A stretch of DNA of 64,000 bases from Lingula anatina (lineage: Eukaryota; Animalia; Brachiopoda): the NCBI GenBank assembly GCA_051362555.1, contig CM120642.1:17546001-17610000 (forward strand), given 5' to 3'. Positions 25,601 to 33,718 of this stretch are shown piece after piece. Under the pieces are notes generated by a model, which worked only from the letters and a program-made list of their open reading frames with translations, made no database searches and had not been told where the DNA came from. Position 1 is the first letter of the stretch; the number at the start of each line of letters is the position of its first letter. A program made the position numbers and the translations under genes.

Positions 25601-28600
25601 AAATAAAAATAAAAAAGGCATTGATGAGAAAAATAACCTTATGAGGATCATAACCTTGAAGTTCCAGCTGTAACTGGGTATGGTTTATTGGAGTTGGGAG
25701 ACAATTTTGTGGCCGGAGACTGCAACTGGGCAGGGTGGGTGCGGCATTTGATTCTAGGATGCAATCCCTGGCAGTGCTGGCAACAGTGCTTATATTTGCA
25801 TGGACTAGTGACACATTTGTCCCCCCGATTAAAGGCAAAACAGACGCCTTGACGAAATGGACGTAGAAAAGGGGGAGAAACATTCATGGTTGCCACTTTT
25901 AACCGTAACTCGGGGATAACTTTTTCCCACGGGACCAGTGATGTTGCTCGTAATTTGCGAAAGGCGTCATCATAAATACGCCAAGCATTAGCATTGGGAA
26001 GCTTACTTAATTCTCTAATAGTTGAACCGTACTTAAGTAAGTTCACAGACTCGTTTGGAAATTTTTGTAAGAAAATCGCTGAAAAGACAAAAAAGGCATC
26101 CGTCCATTGGTAAAGCGTAATCGGCGATTTCTGCGAGGGCATATGGATCACTTCAAATTTCATTGGCTGGACCTTGATAGCGAAATCATCATTATGGTTG
26201 GAGGGAAGAAGGAGCCGGAAATCTATAAACTCATTGTTCCAAATCTTTTGCTTCAATTTGGGTGGAATTAAAGCTCCTAAAGGAATGCCATCAGTTAAAT
26301 CTACAGGTAGAGCTGAAGTGACATGACTCTCACCTGTGAAAACATTGTCGATCAAACCACTGATACTGTGTATCTGCTGTTGAACATGAGCCTCTTGAAG
26401 GGAGGGGTCGGAAGAAGAAGCGCTCGACATCTCTGTGTTTGATGCAGTTTGGTGAGCAATAATACGCTGTGCCAACAAATCATAGTCGATAACAGGTGTA
26501 GTAGAGGTCGATTCCGTCTCTGAAGTAGGTGCGGCGGTGGGTCTCGGCCTCTTGCTTCTAGTAGCAGTTGATGTCGCAGCCGGTCTTCGTATGCTGGAAA
26601 CTGAGCGCGCATTGGAGACACCCGACATCCTCGGCCGCCTACTCCTCCCGGGAGTGGTCTTGGGAGGCATAGTAACTAAAGACAAAGGAAACTAATAAGG
26701 TCACACTAAGGCAACTGAATGTACATATGACATAATCAGAAAGAAAATTCTTCGGGCCAGGTAAATAAAGTAAACGGCATCTACCCACAAATAGCCTGAG
26801 TAGATATGCCATAAGCCATAGTTTTATTAAAAGTGTAACAAAAAAAATTTATATATATATTATATGTCCTAGTCCGCCGCCAGAGCCTATCCAAGCAGGC
26901 AACAGCCTCAGCTCAGCCTTGCATTTGAAAACAGGGATATCCGGTAAAAATTGACTAGACAAACACACAAACAGCTGGGTGACTCCCCAAAAACCAGGAG
27001 TATAACAACTCCCCAAAATAAAAACCTAGTATACCAGATACCACACAGGGCTCTCACTACTAGGCAAACAATTAAACACCTGGGAAATACTCCCAGAGCC
27101 TAGTATACCAGATACCACACAGGGCTCTCACTACTAGGCAAACAATTAAACACCTGGGAAAAACTCCCAGAACCTAGTATACCAGATACCACACAGGGCT
27201 CTCACTACTAGGCAAACAATTAAACACCTGGGAAAAACTCCCAGAACCTAGTATACCAGATACCACACAGGGCTCTCACTACTAGGCAAACAATTAAACA
27301 CCTGGGAAATACACCCAGAACAAGTAAACAACGGGGAAGTACACCCAAAACAAAGAGCATAACAACTCCAAAAATGCATGTAGCCTAGTCGACCAGAAAC
27401 CCATAAAAACACGGCACCTGGTAATGCGGACACGGAAACAATATGAAGACAGAAACGTACAGATTACGGCATGTCAACGACAGCCGAAAATGTAAAAACA
27501 GCGGAATTCCTGGCCCGGTAAAAATATCAATATGAATAAAATAGCTACACACAAAGAGGAAAACAAAATTTTTAAAGAATAACACGATAAAGTGACATCT
27601 AAACAAATTAATTAACAACTGCAGCACATGACAGACTATAAATCTGATTATTAGAACACGTGAATAAGGGGGAAATGAAGATAATATAAAATTACTGGCC
27701 TGTGTATGATCCAAGAACTTGAAGTTGAAGTCTCCCAAATAAAAGGAAACAGCCGTCGCCGAAACTTGATAACAAAACTGGTGGCTTGGAAAAACAGAAT
27801 AATATCCGAAGAAAATACAGTCACCAAGTATCAAGAAACTGGCCGTCCCCAAATCTTGAAATCACAAAAGTTGATGGCTGGTAACCAATGTAAAATTAAA
27901 ATAAAGAAACGCAAGAAATTATAATACTGTGAAGCTGCTGAAATTGCGTGTACATATCATCGCAGCTAAAAGGCTGAATGACTTCTCGCTAATGCAGCTC
28001 GCAAGAAGTAGTTTCCTAAAACTCATATAAAATTAACTGTGTGCCTAGATACACAGCAGCTAAGACAATTTGACCCTGGACATCTGTTATCACCTTGCCT
28101 TGGTCAACTACTTAAGATCAAAATGTGCAGACACAAGACCTAAACCCAGACTACTTCCTATAAACAAAGCGTAGATGGATTACCAACAAAGCTATTACCA
28201 CCACTAAAAACAAACCATTTCCTACATAAATACAATTAATTATCTTAATTGTAGTTTGTCTTACGTAGCGCATTCCTACTATATCTAAAATGACAACCAA
28301 TAAAAGAGAAACCGGTTAATAGGATGTGTCAGAGCCATAATAAGAGAGCAAAATATTTCGATATTGTCATTAATTACGATATCCTCATGAGAAAACTGAT
28401 AAAAAGTATCTTTGCTCTTGGGCCACACATTAAATGGTGTAAATGACAATACGAACTATATCCACGAAGAATTGCATTTTCTTAAAAAGTTATTACATTA
28501 TCTTCCTTCGGGTTATATATTTTAGTTTCATGTCGAATGTGTTTTTAACTTTATGTATAAGTTAATTATATAGAATTACTTTTCTTAGTTATATTTTTGC

Positions 28601-30423
28601 ATGACTTTGTGGTAGAAATGAAGTATTTAAGGAAGATAATCATTATTTTCTTTCATTATTATTTTATTTCATTTTGCAGAAATTGACGAACTTGCGTATA
28701 ACATTTAAATTGATGACATATATGTGATCTTATCATTTAATCTTTTTGAAAATTTATGTATTTTGTGTTATTTAGTATTTGCTTTGCTTTAGAAAAAATG
28801 AAAAAGGAGCGTATGTTGTAAAGTTTTAGAATTCGAGGACGAATTCTTTTGAAGAAGGGGTGTATGTTGTAAAGCAAATTACTTACACTTTCACTAATTA
28901 CAGATAGCAATTAAAGCGGAATCAAAAGAGTAAAAAGACAAAGAGTTATTGAGTGTAAGTTAAGTTTCTCCAAGAGTCAACAAGTGTAGAACATGTTTTT
29001 AGTGTCAGAAAAAGATGGAAAAGGTCAAAGTCAGTAACAGTTAATGTGATTGGTTAATTTCATGACATATTTTAATTTTGATCATGCATTTATCACATGA
29101 TAACTGAGTTTTGGATAAGGTCCAAATATGAGTAATCCAAATAATATTTTAGATATCTTTAATTGAAAACAAGTTTCTTAGGGATTACCTAATAAGGAAA
29201 TGTTGCATAGTGACTTGCAACATGAGAATGGAAAATATTTTGTAATCACGCAAAGACAATGGAAAAGAAAACAAGTAAATGCGTGATCAGTACGGAGAAA
29301 TTGAGTATAAATATTTGTGAAGTTGTAAGAAGCAAGAGTCGGTGAAAAAACGTTCGAAAGCTCCAAACTGCTGTCGTCATTCCTCATTATAACAGTTACC
29401 TGGGTTTACATGTTAATGACGATCTTCTGATCCTGAAACCAACCCACGCTTCTCCCACGTCCTTTATCATACCGAACAAAAAATTCTTCTCGTCACTACT
29501 GTCAGCCACGGCAAGGGATCCCCCATAACGCTGGCAGGCTTTCTGAGCCTCTTCCCATGTCTGTCTGCTGCAGAGTAGTCTATAGAGCGAGCGAGGATTG
29601 CCTCTTGGATGCCCAACCCACCGGGAGTTTGAACATAAACCTGACAAAGAGATAATTGGCTGTTGTCTTGCCTTTTTTTTTTTGTGCGTGTGTGTGTGTA
29701 TGTGTGTGTGTATGTGTGTGTGTGTGTGTGCCTGAAATCTGCTTATAGGCCTACATGTGCATGTGAAATAAAGGTAATATTCTGCTTTTTCTTTTGAATT
29801 TGCTTTTTTTCATACGAAAAGCCAAGTGACGACAAAGGAATGTAGATCTTTTGTTTATAGAATGGTGTGTATTTTAATTTATGAAGGCGATAGAGTGTTC
29901 GTGGAACCAGTAACCCATTTTTTCCGAGTTGTCTCTTTAATTTTCTGTAAACATGCACAAGCAACACTTCCCCAACACCTAAAGTAAATACATTTTCTCA
30001 AGTCTCTTTTAATATGACTAGAGAAGGTATATCATACGTGTCACACATAAAAACAAGTCCGATACGAAGTAATGTGTGTTACATGTACGTGTAGCAAAAC
30101 ATATCATAAGGTATTTTAGACCATTATGTGCCATTATCCAATAATTGTATATTTCTAGGTTTTTTTCAACAAAATACTGTGCGACACTTGGCCACAAGTT
30201 TCCAAAATAGTAACTGATAACTTGTTAAATTGCCACTGACGACAGTGGACTACTAGACTGTTTCTTTTCAGAACGCTTAATTATAAAAAAAACAATGTAC
30301 AGGTACGAGGAATGTATATATAGAAATATGAACGCTACCTTGTGAAAATCTGCCGTTCCCCCATATAGCAAGGGAAATCGGACAGAAAATTGTAAAAACC
30401 CAAAGCTTTACAAGTATTTCCAT
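4755..30423 (-). CDS. Gene copy A: secreted C-type-lectin + multi-EGF (fibropellin/Notch-like) protein, about 945 aa; exons 30423-30339, 29640-29400, 16793-16735, 16397-16296, 8853-8617, 8324-6915, 6379-6284, 5362-4755
   Basis: All junctions are GT-AG and phase-compatible (1,2,1,1,1,1,1). Exon lengths sum to 2838 nt (946 codons). Every exon has a counterpart in copy B. Confidence 0.75.
5968..6228 (-). pseudogene. Decayed hydrophobic (TM-like) exon 6228-6052 and 31-nt mini-exon 5998-5968, copy A
   Basis: Frame [22 protein letters not shown] with a GTAAAT donor. The mini-exon keeps AG/GT but has an in-frame TAA. Paralogous to 38118-37844. Confidence 0.45.
6284..6379 (-). CDS. Copy A 96-nt exon, atypical 4-Cys EGF-like motif ([32 protein letters not shown])
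   Basis: TTTCAAG acceptor, GTAAGT donor, phase 1-1, conserved in copy B. Missed by the ORF track. Confidence 0.75.
6915..8324 (-). CDS. Copy A large exon: 12 calcium-binding EGF repeats plus Thr-rich linker
   Basis: ORF 6892-8367 with repeated (D/N)(I/V)(D/N)EC.S.PC.NG..C.D....Y/F.C.C..G..G..C. Acceptor TTCCAG, donor GTGGGT. Confidence 0.92.
8617..8853 (-). CDS. Copy A exon: S/T linker plus EGF with a long insert between C3 and C4
   Basis: ORF 8561-8932; TTTACAG acceptor, GTAGGT donor, phase 1-1. Confidence 0.85.
9217..9912. mobile_element. Foldback/MITE-like element with about 100-bp imperfect inverted repeats
   Basis: GGACGTGTGTTTTGACAGCGCCCCT (about 9290-9314) is inverted at about 9812-9836, and TGGGGTGGTCGGCTCATGCC is inverted at about 9889-9909. 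A further copy of the right half lies at about 15770-16105. Confidence 0.6.
9951..9995 (+). ncRNA. Type I minimal hammerhead-ribozyme-like motif
   Basis: TGCAG-CTGATGA-A-GGTCA(CATGT)TGACC-GAAA-A-TCGC-TT-T-CTGCA: stems I and II pair, catalytic core boxes are present, stem III is minimal. Confidence 0.5.
10909..11071. mobile_element. Small hAT-like MITE inserted in a (TAAA)n microsatellite
   Basis: Termini CAGGCCCGCAGCCAG and CTGGCTACGGGCTTG. (TAAA)n is present on both sides, so the TSD is unresolvable. Confidence 0.65.
12399..12613. mobile_element. Degenerate PIF/Harbinger-like MITE
   Basis: TAA on both flanks; imperfect inverted ends (TTCTCA...TAGATCGATCTA / TAGGTCGATCTA...TGAGAA). Confidence 0.4.
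15770..16105. repeat. Second copy of the 9735-9912 repeat, with internal duplication
   Basis: CCTATCAGAGACGATCTTTCCTCA...AGGGGCGCTGT...CATGAGCC..CCACCCCCAA is shared with 9737-9910. Confidence 0.8.
16296..16397 (-). CDS. Copy A exon 4, C-terminal part of C-type lectin domain ([31 protein letters not shown])
   Basis: AG/GT-bounded 102-nt exon, phase 1-1, with the C...D..C....FVCE CTLD end. Paralog at 44532-44633. Confidence 0.8.
16735..16793 (-). CDS. Copy A exon 3 (59 nt), middle of C-type lectin domain
   Basis: TTTTCAG acceptor, GTGAGT donor, phase 2-1. Paralog at 44913-44971 has identical length. Confidence 0.75.
17486..18015 (+). repeat. 5' LTR
   Basis: TGTTGTAAAG...TATAACA; TATA-like GTATAAAT near 17925 and AATAAA near 17966. 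I could see 3 mismatches against the 3' LTR. Confidence 0.97.
18018..18026 (+). promoter_or_regulatory. Primer-binding site, tRNA-Ala-like (TGGTGGAGG)
   Basis: Starts 2 nt after the 5' LTR and is complementary to the CCUCCACCA 3' end of tRNA-Ala. Confidence 0.65.
18240..23237 (+). CDS. Gag-Pol polyprotein (Gag with zinc knuckles, protease, RT, RNase H, integrase, GPY/F, chromodomain), 1665 aa
   Basis: [14 protein letters not shown]; LVDTGA; YIDD; TTDAS; HHCC plus HMDILGP/VSDRG/ERTN; YKGPY; YEVEKLL...[16 protein letters not shown]. Single uninterrupted frame. Confidence 0.97.
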   Translation: MSSDLTLAPEKFTGNTNEDVERWLNQFQNYTQYKKLEDEQITALFPLLLNQTVLNWYECLTVEVQKDWKSLVREFRQRYELKSGETWEKASDFFRRQQLPEEPVQSYIESMRHDAKRARLDEGTAFTVVMNGLLPEIRPFVLQKEPSDFGSLMHHARIAENAVQPTRRGQRNDIKMITEKIDTLQSSIKDIANAQSAIHILQEPSETRNETNFETPRSSPIEYPGKFTPNTKGPRSMTQRGRYLRRSEYKLTSAGHTNYPQQRNQIRKWPMCQGCGEYTHFRTNCFARNFNCNCCGKIGHIAKVCHSARVNKRLRKRKRFYNKIEDRKVPISIISDYQANNLISIQIDKQHVNALVDTGAVISCVSESLLSKLGKKDRNAYEKPSLKEVSVVDGSVVKVLGKVELPLCFGDVIIKHKVHVFSQLPRGLILGTDFLRKHNVKIDLSSDSMALPDYNLLLPLYSPPVLGLVRNFKSEFIPPRCECLIPVKISHSSSVSVALLEPVRKLESKKKLIGAKCLVSIDKNKSAYRIMNPGDESIFIPKRTILAVASSVSLASVSALNEMSEGDTTQKGDRLSDQEALRNADELNINFADSDMSEDQKQQLKILLGRNREVFATNLSELGSANMYQHRIDTINDIPVKQTFYRTSPKLKEEIVKQVDEMLKHGIIEESMSEYSSPVVLVKKKNGEYRFAIDYRKLNKVTKPMHWPLPRLDDIFETIGTSGARYFSSLDMAGAYWQLPLDPETKHKTAFITHHGHFQFLRLAFGLRNAGVSYQALMSHIFKDMNWKTILIYIDDILVMSKTFNDHLKHLELVFQKLRSANLTLKPSKCKFATPKAKYLGHVIDKNGIRPDEKNLEAIKSFPTPKVVKDVRSFLGLCNFYRKFIKGFSKIADPLNKLLRKDVQFLWSPECEASFQTLKEALMSPPILAYPDMSREFTLTTDASTIAVGYILGQKNDNNHDRVIAYGGRSLNNAEKNYTIHELECLAVIEGIKQFEQYLSNNHFKVYTDNKAISWLQNVKHTSGRLIRWSLKLQGLDFEIIHRPGKTNPADALSRREYEPVNVLDTVNNSQLRKGHIDMCQDKHWTQAILFLPKQTDKIIEHNSSEYDDMNSVDVTNVNDKKKLKQDQRECLEFQDIIRYLEQSDLPSDLKQARKIIAESEQYVMIDDILYHLYQPRTRGMPEKMRIIRQLAIPVTLRSDVLHAYHDSLTAGGHQGCDRTFASIRNKYFWKSLYKDVMEYVKSCEVCQKVKHLRRDAPAPLNPLPIAGVFERMHMDILGPLIKSKEGYKYILLVTCSFSNFAEAIPLKTQEAEEIAKTLYREVFTRYGCPSYLVSDRGKNFLSQIIQSLCKLFHIKRYHTSAWHPQSNAACERTNSIIAQTLRAYCEKDQTNWPDILPGVMMALRATPCTQSTKFSPYYLVFGREMRTPLESDLIPECHENKNIPQYIEELKDTLKAAKEIATKNREATQKQYKERYDLKSKQPIYKVGDRVWIYTPMTPKGLSSKLYTKYKGPYYITKILSTGCTYYLRDCKTHKEHKSPVHANRLKMYYDPKDYNKYERLNESNNEQDNKSNGNKTTSETQDRDIHDKEKAELASDSKQDAYEYYEVEKLLCCKNINAKRHYKVKWKGYKNTSWEPEENISDALKRDYHINKTLQGRRRKRRN
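25648..26685 (-). CDS. DIRS-type ORF1 (Gag-like), 345 aa; likely ATG at 26670
   Basis: [36 protein letters not shown] and C-terminal [30 protein letters not shown] zinc fingers typical of DIRS ORF1. Confidence 0.8.
   Translation of the reverse strand: MSLVTMPPKTTPGRSRRPRMSGVSNARSVSSIRRPAATSTATRSKRPRPTAAPTSETESTSTTPVIDYDLLAQRIIAHQTASNTEMSSASSSDPSLQEAHVQQQIHSISGLIDNVFTGESHVTSALPVDLTDGIPLGALIPPKLKQKIWNNEFIDFRLLLPSNHNDDFAIKVQPMKFEVIHMPSQKSPITLYQWTDAFFVFSAIFLQKFPNESVNLLKYGSTIRELSKLPNANAWRIYDDAFRKLRATSLVPWEKVIPELRLKVATMNVSPPFLRPFRQGVCFAFNRGDKCVTSPCKYKHCCQHCQGLHPRIKCRTHPAQLQSPATKLSPNSNKPYPVTAGTSRL
27025..27320. repeat. Tandem repeat, 4 x 74 bp
   Basis: CCTAGTATACCAGATACCACACAGGG... starts at 27025, 27099, 27173 and 27247. 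Confidence 0.95.
28851..28860 (+). promoter_or_regulatory. Polypurine tract (GAAGAAGGGG) preceded by GAATTCGAGGACGAATTC hairpin
   Basis: Lies 4 nt upstream of the 3' LTR. Confidence 0.85.
28865..29394 (+). repeat. 3' LTR
   Basis: Near-identical to 17486-18015; ends TATAACA followed by the GTTA TSD. Confidence 0.97.
29400..29640 (-). CDS. Copy A exon 2, N-terminal part of C-type lectin domain
   Basis: [28 protein letters not shown]...AWVG; TTTGTCAG acceptor, GTAACT donor. Confidence 0.88.
30339..30423 (-). CDS. Copy A exon 1, signal peptide [19 protein letters not shown]
   Basis: Hydrophobic N-terminus, phase-1 donor, paralog at 55139-55229. Confidence 0.7.
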
Positions 30424-31599
30424 CCCTGATGTCTTCTGTTCCCTTGGTGCATCGGGCAAGTGAGCTATCTCTCTAGGTGTCTTCAAAATCTAAGGTGTGT
30501 TTCCATGTAGCAAAAAATGACGTACCTGTCTTTGACCTTATTTGATATCCACCAACAAATGTTTAATCCTTTTTTTTCTAATTAACATAAAGCTTAACCA
30601 AAATTACTATTTGAAATAGAATACTATTTATCTGATATCGGGCAGTGGAGTTTTTTTATCCTGAGGCGAACCAGGATCGCACTAAGAACAGCCTACTTTG
30701 CATGTCTGTGAGGAGAACTAGATGTGGACCAAAGTGTGTGCACGATAATGGTGTAGGTGTTACCGTGGCATCGTCCAACTGTTATGAAAAGAAGGCAAGT
30801 TGCTAAATATTACGTACGTCTTGATAAGTGTTAAAAGGTAAAATCAGCGATTTATTGGGGCAGGATGCCATATATTTCTTGATATAAAATTGAATTGCGA
30901 AATCAATATTTTCTTACATTTTATTAAAATAAAATTGGATCGCTAATTCATCATTTCCTTCATTGTCTTTGTCAACTTAACACTCTCTTCGTTATTTATT
31001 CATAAAAACAAAGTAAACGTATATTTTAGATCAGTTATTTAATGTCGTTCCATCCGAAAAGAATTTAGCACCTTCTTTTGATGCACCAGGTGCGCTTTAC
31101 AATCTCTGATGACAATGCCTGCTTTGCCTTTAACAATTGAATCACGGCTACATAGACGTTTTAACCGCTTGAGTTTGCAAAATTTCGCCTATCAAGAAAC
31201 AAGGACGGGATACACCACGAGGCTTCTATTATGTCGAGTTTTATTCGATGAACTAAATTTTCTAAAAAATCACCTTTCACTTGAAAGCGACCGTGAAACT
31301 GTTACAGGCTCAAAGGAGGCATGGTGTTCGCTTAGACTACAGAAAGGATGTTCCCGGGCTGATAGCCCTGATAACGCTATTGACGTCGGCGATTACCGAA
31401 GTTTTTTCCCAGCAAACAAGTAATAAATAGCTCAATTAAGGAACACCACAACTGACTGCTGTCACGTTCTGTACTCAGTTAAAATCCCACAAAAACCTGG
31501 GTTTTTCGTAAATTTCGCAGATTTCTACCGCAAAACCTGGTGTATGTATCAGAAAACGAACCTTCGGCATGGATTTTTTCGTACTTTGTCAAAAAATCT

Positions 31600-32250
31600 G
31601 AGAGCCAATATCACCACTTCATTTGTGACGTTGTTGTTTGTGTTTTTTTTCAGTACCTGCTTATAAAATTTTTCAAATATTAAAACAAGTCTTTGTTTTT
31701 TTTTTTATTCATTAGTCAGTGGTTCATTTTACAGAGAGACAAACTGAAGCTGAGCTAAAAGTCCGTATGACCGCGAGAGGTTTCCGTGCCATTGGTGGGA
31801 GGGTAAATGCTGCCATGCACTTGATGCTATCCTCTCAGTAGACAAGTTTGATGAGTCCACACTGATTTAATTTTATCCTCTGGAGACCCAGAAACTAACG
31901 AGAAGACAAAAAACAGCAAAAGTGACGCTTTTCCATAGTAAAGGCCCTACGCCCAAACAAACAAACCGTTACTCTAGTCTTTAAGTGGCTCTATAAACCA
32001 ATATATCACTGTTTGTTCACTGTGCGATTTTTTCCAGTACCTGATTATAAAATTGTTCAGTTGAAACAGTTCTATGTTTTTTATCCATCTGGCGGAATTT
32101 TCATAGAGGAAAATGCTAGACTAAACGACCATTCGTGCCATTGATGAGAGGGTAATGCTGCCATGCACTTGGTGCAATCCTCTGAATAAACAATACCGAT
32201 AAGGCCACGCTGATTTAATTTCATGGACGACATCCGCTGCAGACCAAGGA
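31600..32250. repeat. Diverged direct duplication (period about 390 bp); inverted homolog at about 56220-56410
   Basis: GTGCCATTG.TG.GAGGGTAA(A)TGCTGCCATGCACTTG occurs at about 31786 and 32136; its reverse complement is at about 56222-56275. Confidence 0.7.
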
Positions 32251-33477
32251 ACTAATGCAAAAGGGGAAAAAAAAAAAAAAAAAAAAAAAAGATGTGGCAA
32301 AAGTAAATGAAAAGACAGTTCTGAGAATTAACACTTAATAGTCAGCAGCCATCTACTTTGTCTCAGTGTATGAAACAAAATAGTCTTTCTTCGCGCTGAG
32401 AATATTAAAGAATTTGCTCTCAATTCACATGCGTCACCTTTGTATCATACAAACAACTGTGAATATTTAGGGTCACCATATATCTCACCCCCTTCCCCGT
32501 CTTCTCGTTAAGTAGGTAGAGGTGCACTACAAAACACACAACATGCTGAAATAATGTAGCATTACCAGCATTATAAATTATGCACTAATATTCTTCGTTT
32601 GCAAACGCCAAAACAAGGCATAAATCAATCATTGTCACCGTTATTTCAGAGTCCCGCTTGACATCTTCATAAAAATGGATTTAGTGCTTAAGTTGCATCT
32701 ACCTTACCTTCACCTCTAACGTTAGATTGACTCGTTATTGGAGAATACGTTGTTATCTGTCTCTTCCCAGTAAACGACAATTATCCTTCATTCTTCCTCT
32801 AAAGCTACCGCCTCAAAAACATTGATAGTTGCTGTTTGTTACTGATTTACATATCTATTTATTTATTTATTTATTTATTTATTATTTTTATTTATTTATA
32901 CAAAATGCTTGACAAGAAAAGAATATACATTTCAAAGTAAATTATTTTAATTTTATTTAGAGAAAATTGCATTGTTTTTATCGACCTTCAATAATTTTCT
33001 AGAATATTTCTGTTTTTTTTAATCAAAGGTGTAAGATTGATGAAAAGGCAAAATGGAAGTGTAAAACAAATAATAATATAATTATATTATTCATTTTCTA
33101 ACATTTACAACGTCTGTGCAGCGTTTTATTTGCATTCAGTGAATGTAATTGAAGCTTAAAATGGGAGAACCTGTTGCATTTAGTTGTGACTTAATTTAAT
33201 GCAAAAGGTGAAGCACTTACAAGTATCCCAAAAGTTATCGTAGAACGAACACCTTATCGTCATACACCCTAGACAGAGATCATAGGCCATCATCAGTGAA
33301 AGGAAATGTTGTGAAATATTGATAGTGCTATCGCTAATTGAATTGGTTGGTGTCAGCAATGTTATCAGAGCTGATGAGTATAAATATCATCTGATGAACT
33401 GCCCACTCTTTAATCTATGTATTAGTTTATCGTCTGTACATACAAGGATCAAGAAATAATGTTAATGCATTTTGCAG

Positions 33478-33718
33478 GAACGGATGCAGGAGCGGCAATA
33501 GCCACGGGAGGCCCGTCCGCAATGAAGCTTGTGGAATTCAAAGCAGATCATCCTTTTATGTTCATGGTATACGAGAACATAGCACTGAAACCATTCTCTG
33601 TCTGGGGACACTTTTTGAGGCCCCGGGGAAGAGCATTACAGCTCTGAGATTTAATTAGCAGCAATACGGTTGTTCCAACTTTTTCTTTGCCTGTTGACAG
33701 TGTGTTTGACAATTTGAT
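33478..33718 (+). pseudogene. Orphan serpin last (reactive-centre-loop) exon, frameshifted
   Basis: TTTGCAG|GA ACG GAT GCA gives GTDAGAAIATGGPSAMKLVEFKADHPFMFM, then a shifted frame IREHSTETILCLG. No upstream serpin exons were found in 30500-33470. Confidence 0.8.

Larger units (their letters stand above)
25435..27905 (-). mobile_element. Internally deleted DIRS/Ngaro-type (tyrosine-recombinase retrotransposon) fragment nested antisense in the Gypsy 3' region; boundaries approximate
   Basis: Gag-like ORF1 followed by an overlapping frame [27 protein letters not shown], like the DIRS RT start, which then collapses into AT-rich sequence. Confidence 0.7.
17486..29394 (+). mobile_element. Full-length Ty3/Gypsy LTR retrotransposon with integrase chromodomain
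   Basis: 530-bp LTRs TG...CA at 17486-18015 and 28865-29394, GTTA TSD (17482-17485, 29395-29398), PBS, PPT and intact gag-pol. Confidence 0.97.

Noticed and set aside
27025-27320. Regularly spaced repeats as a CRISPR array
   Set aside because: Units are contiguous 74-bp copies with no unique spacers, there are no cas genes, and the context is eukaryotic.
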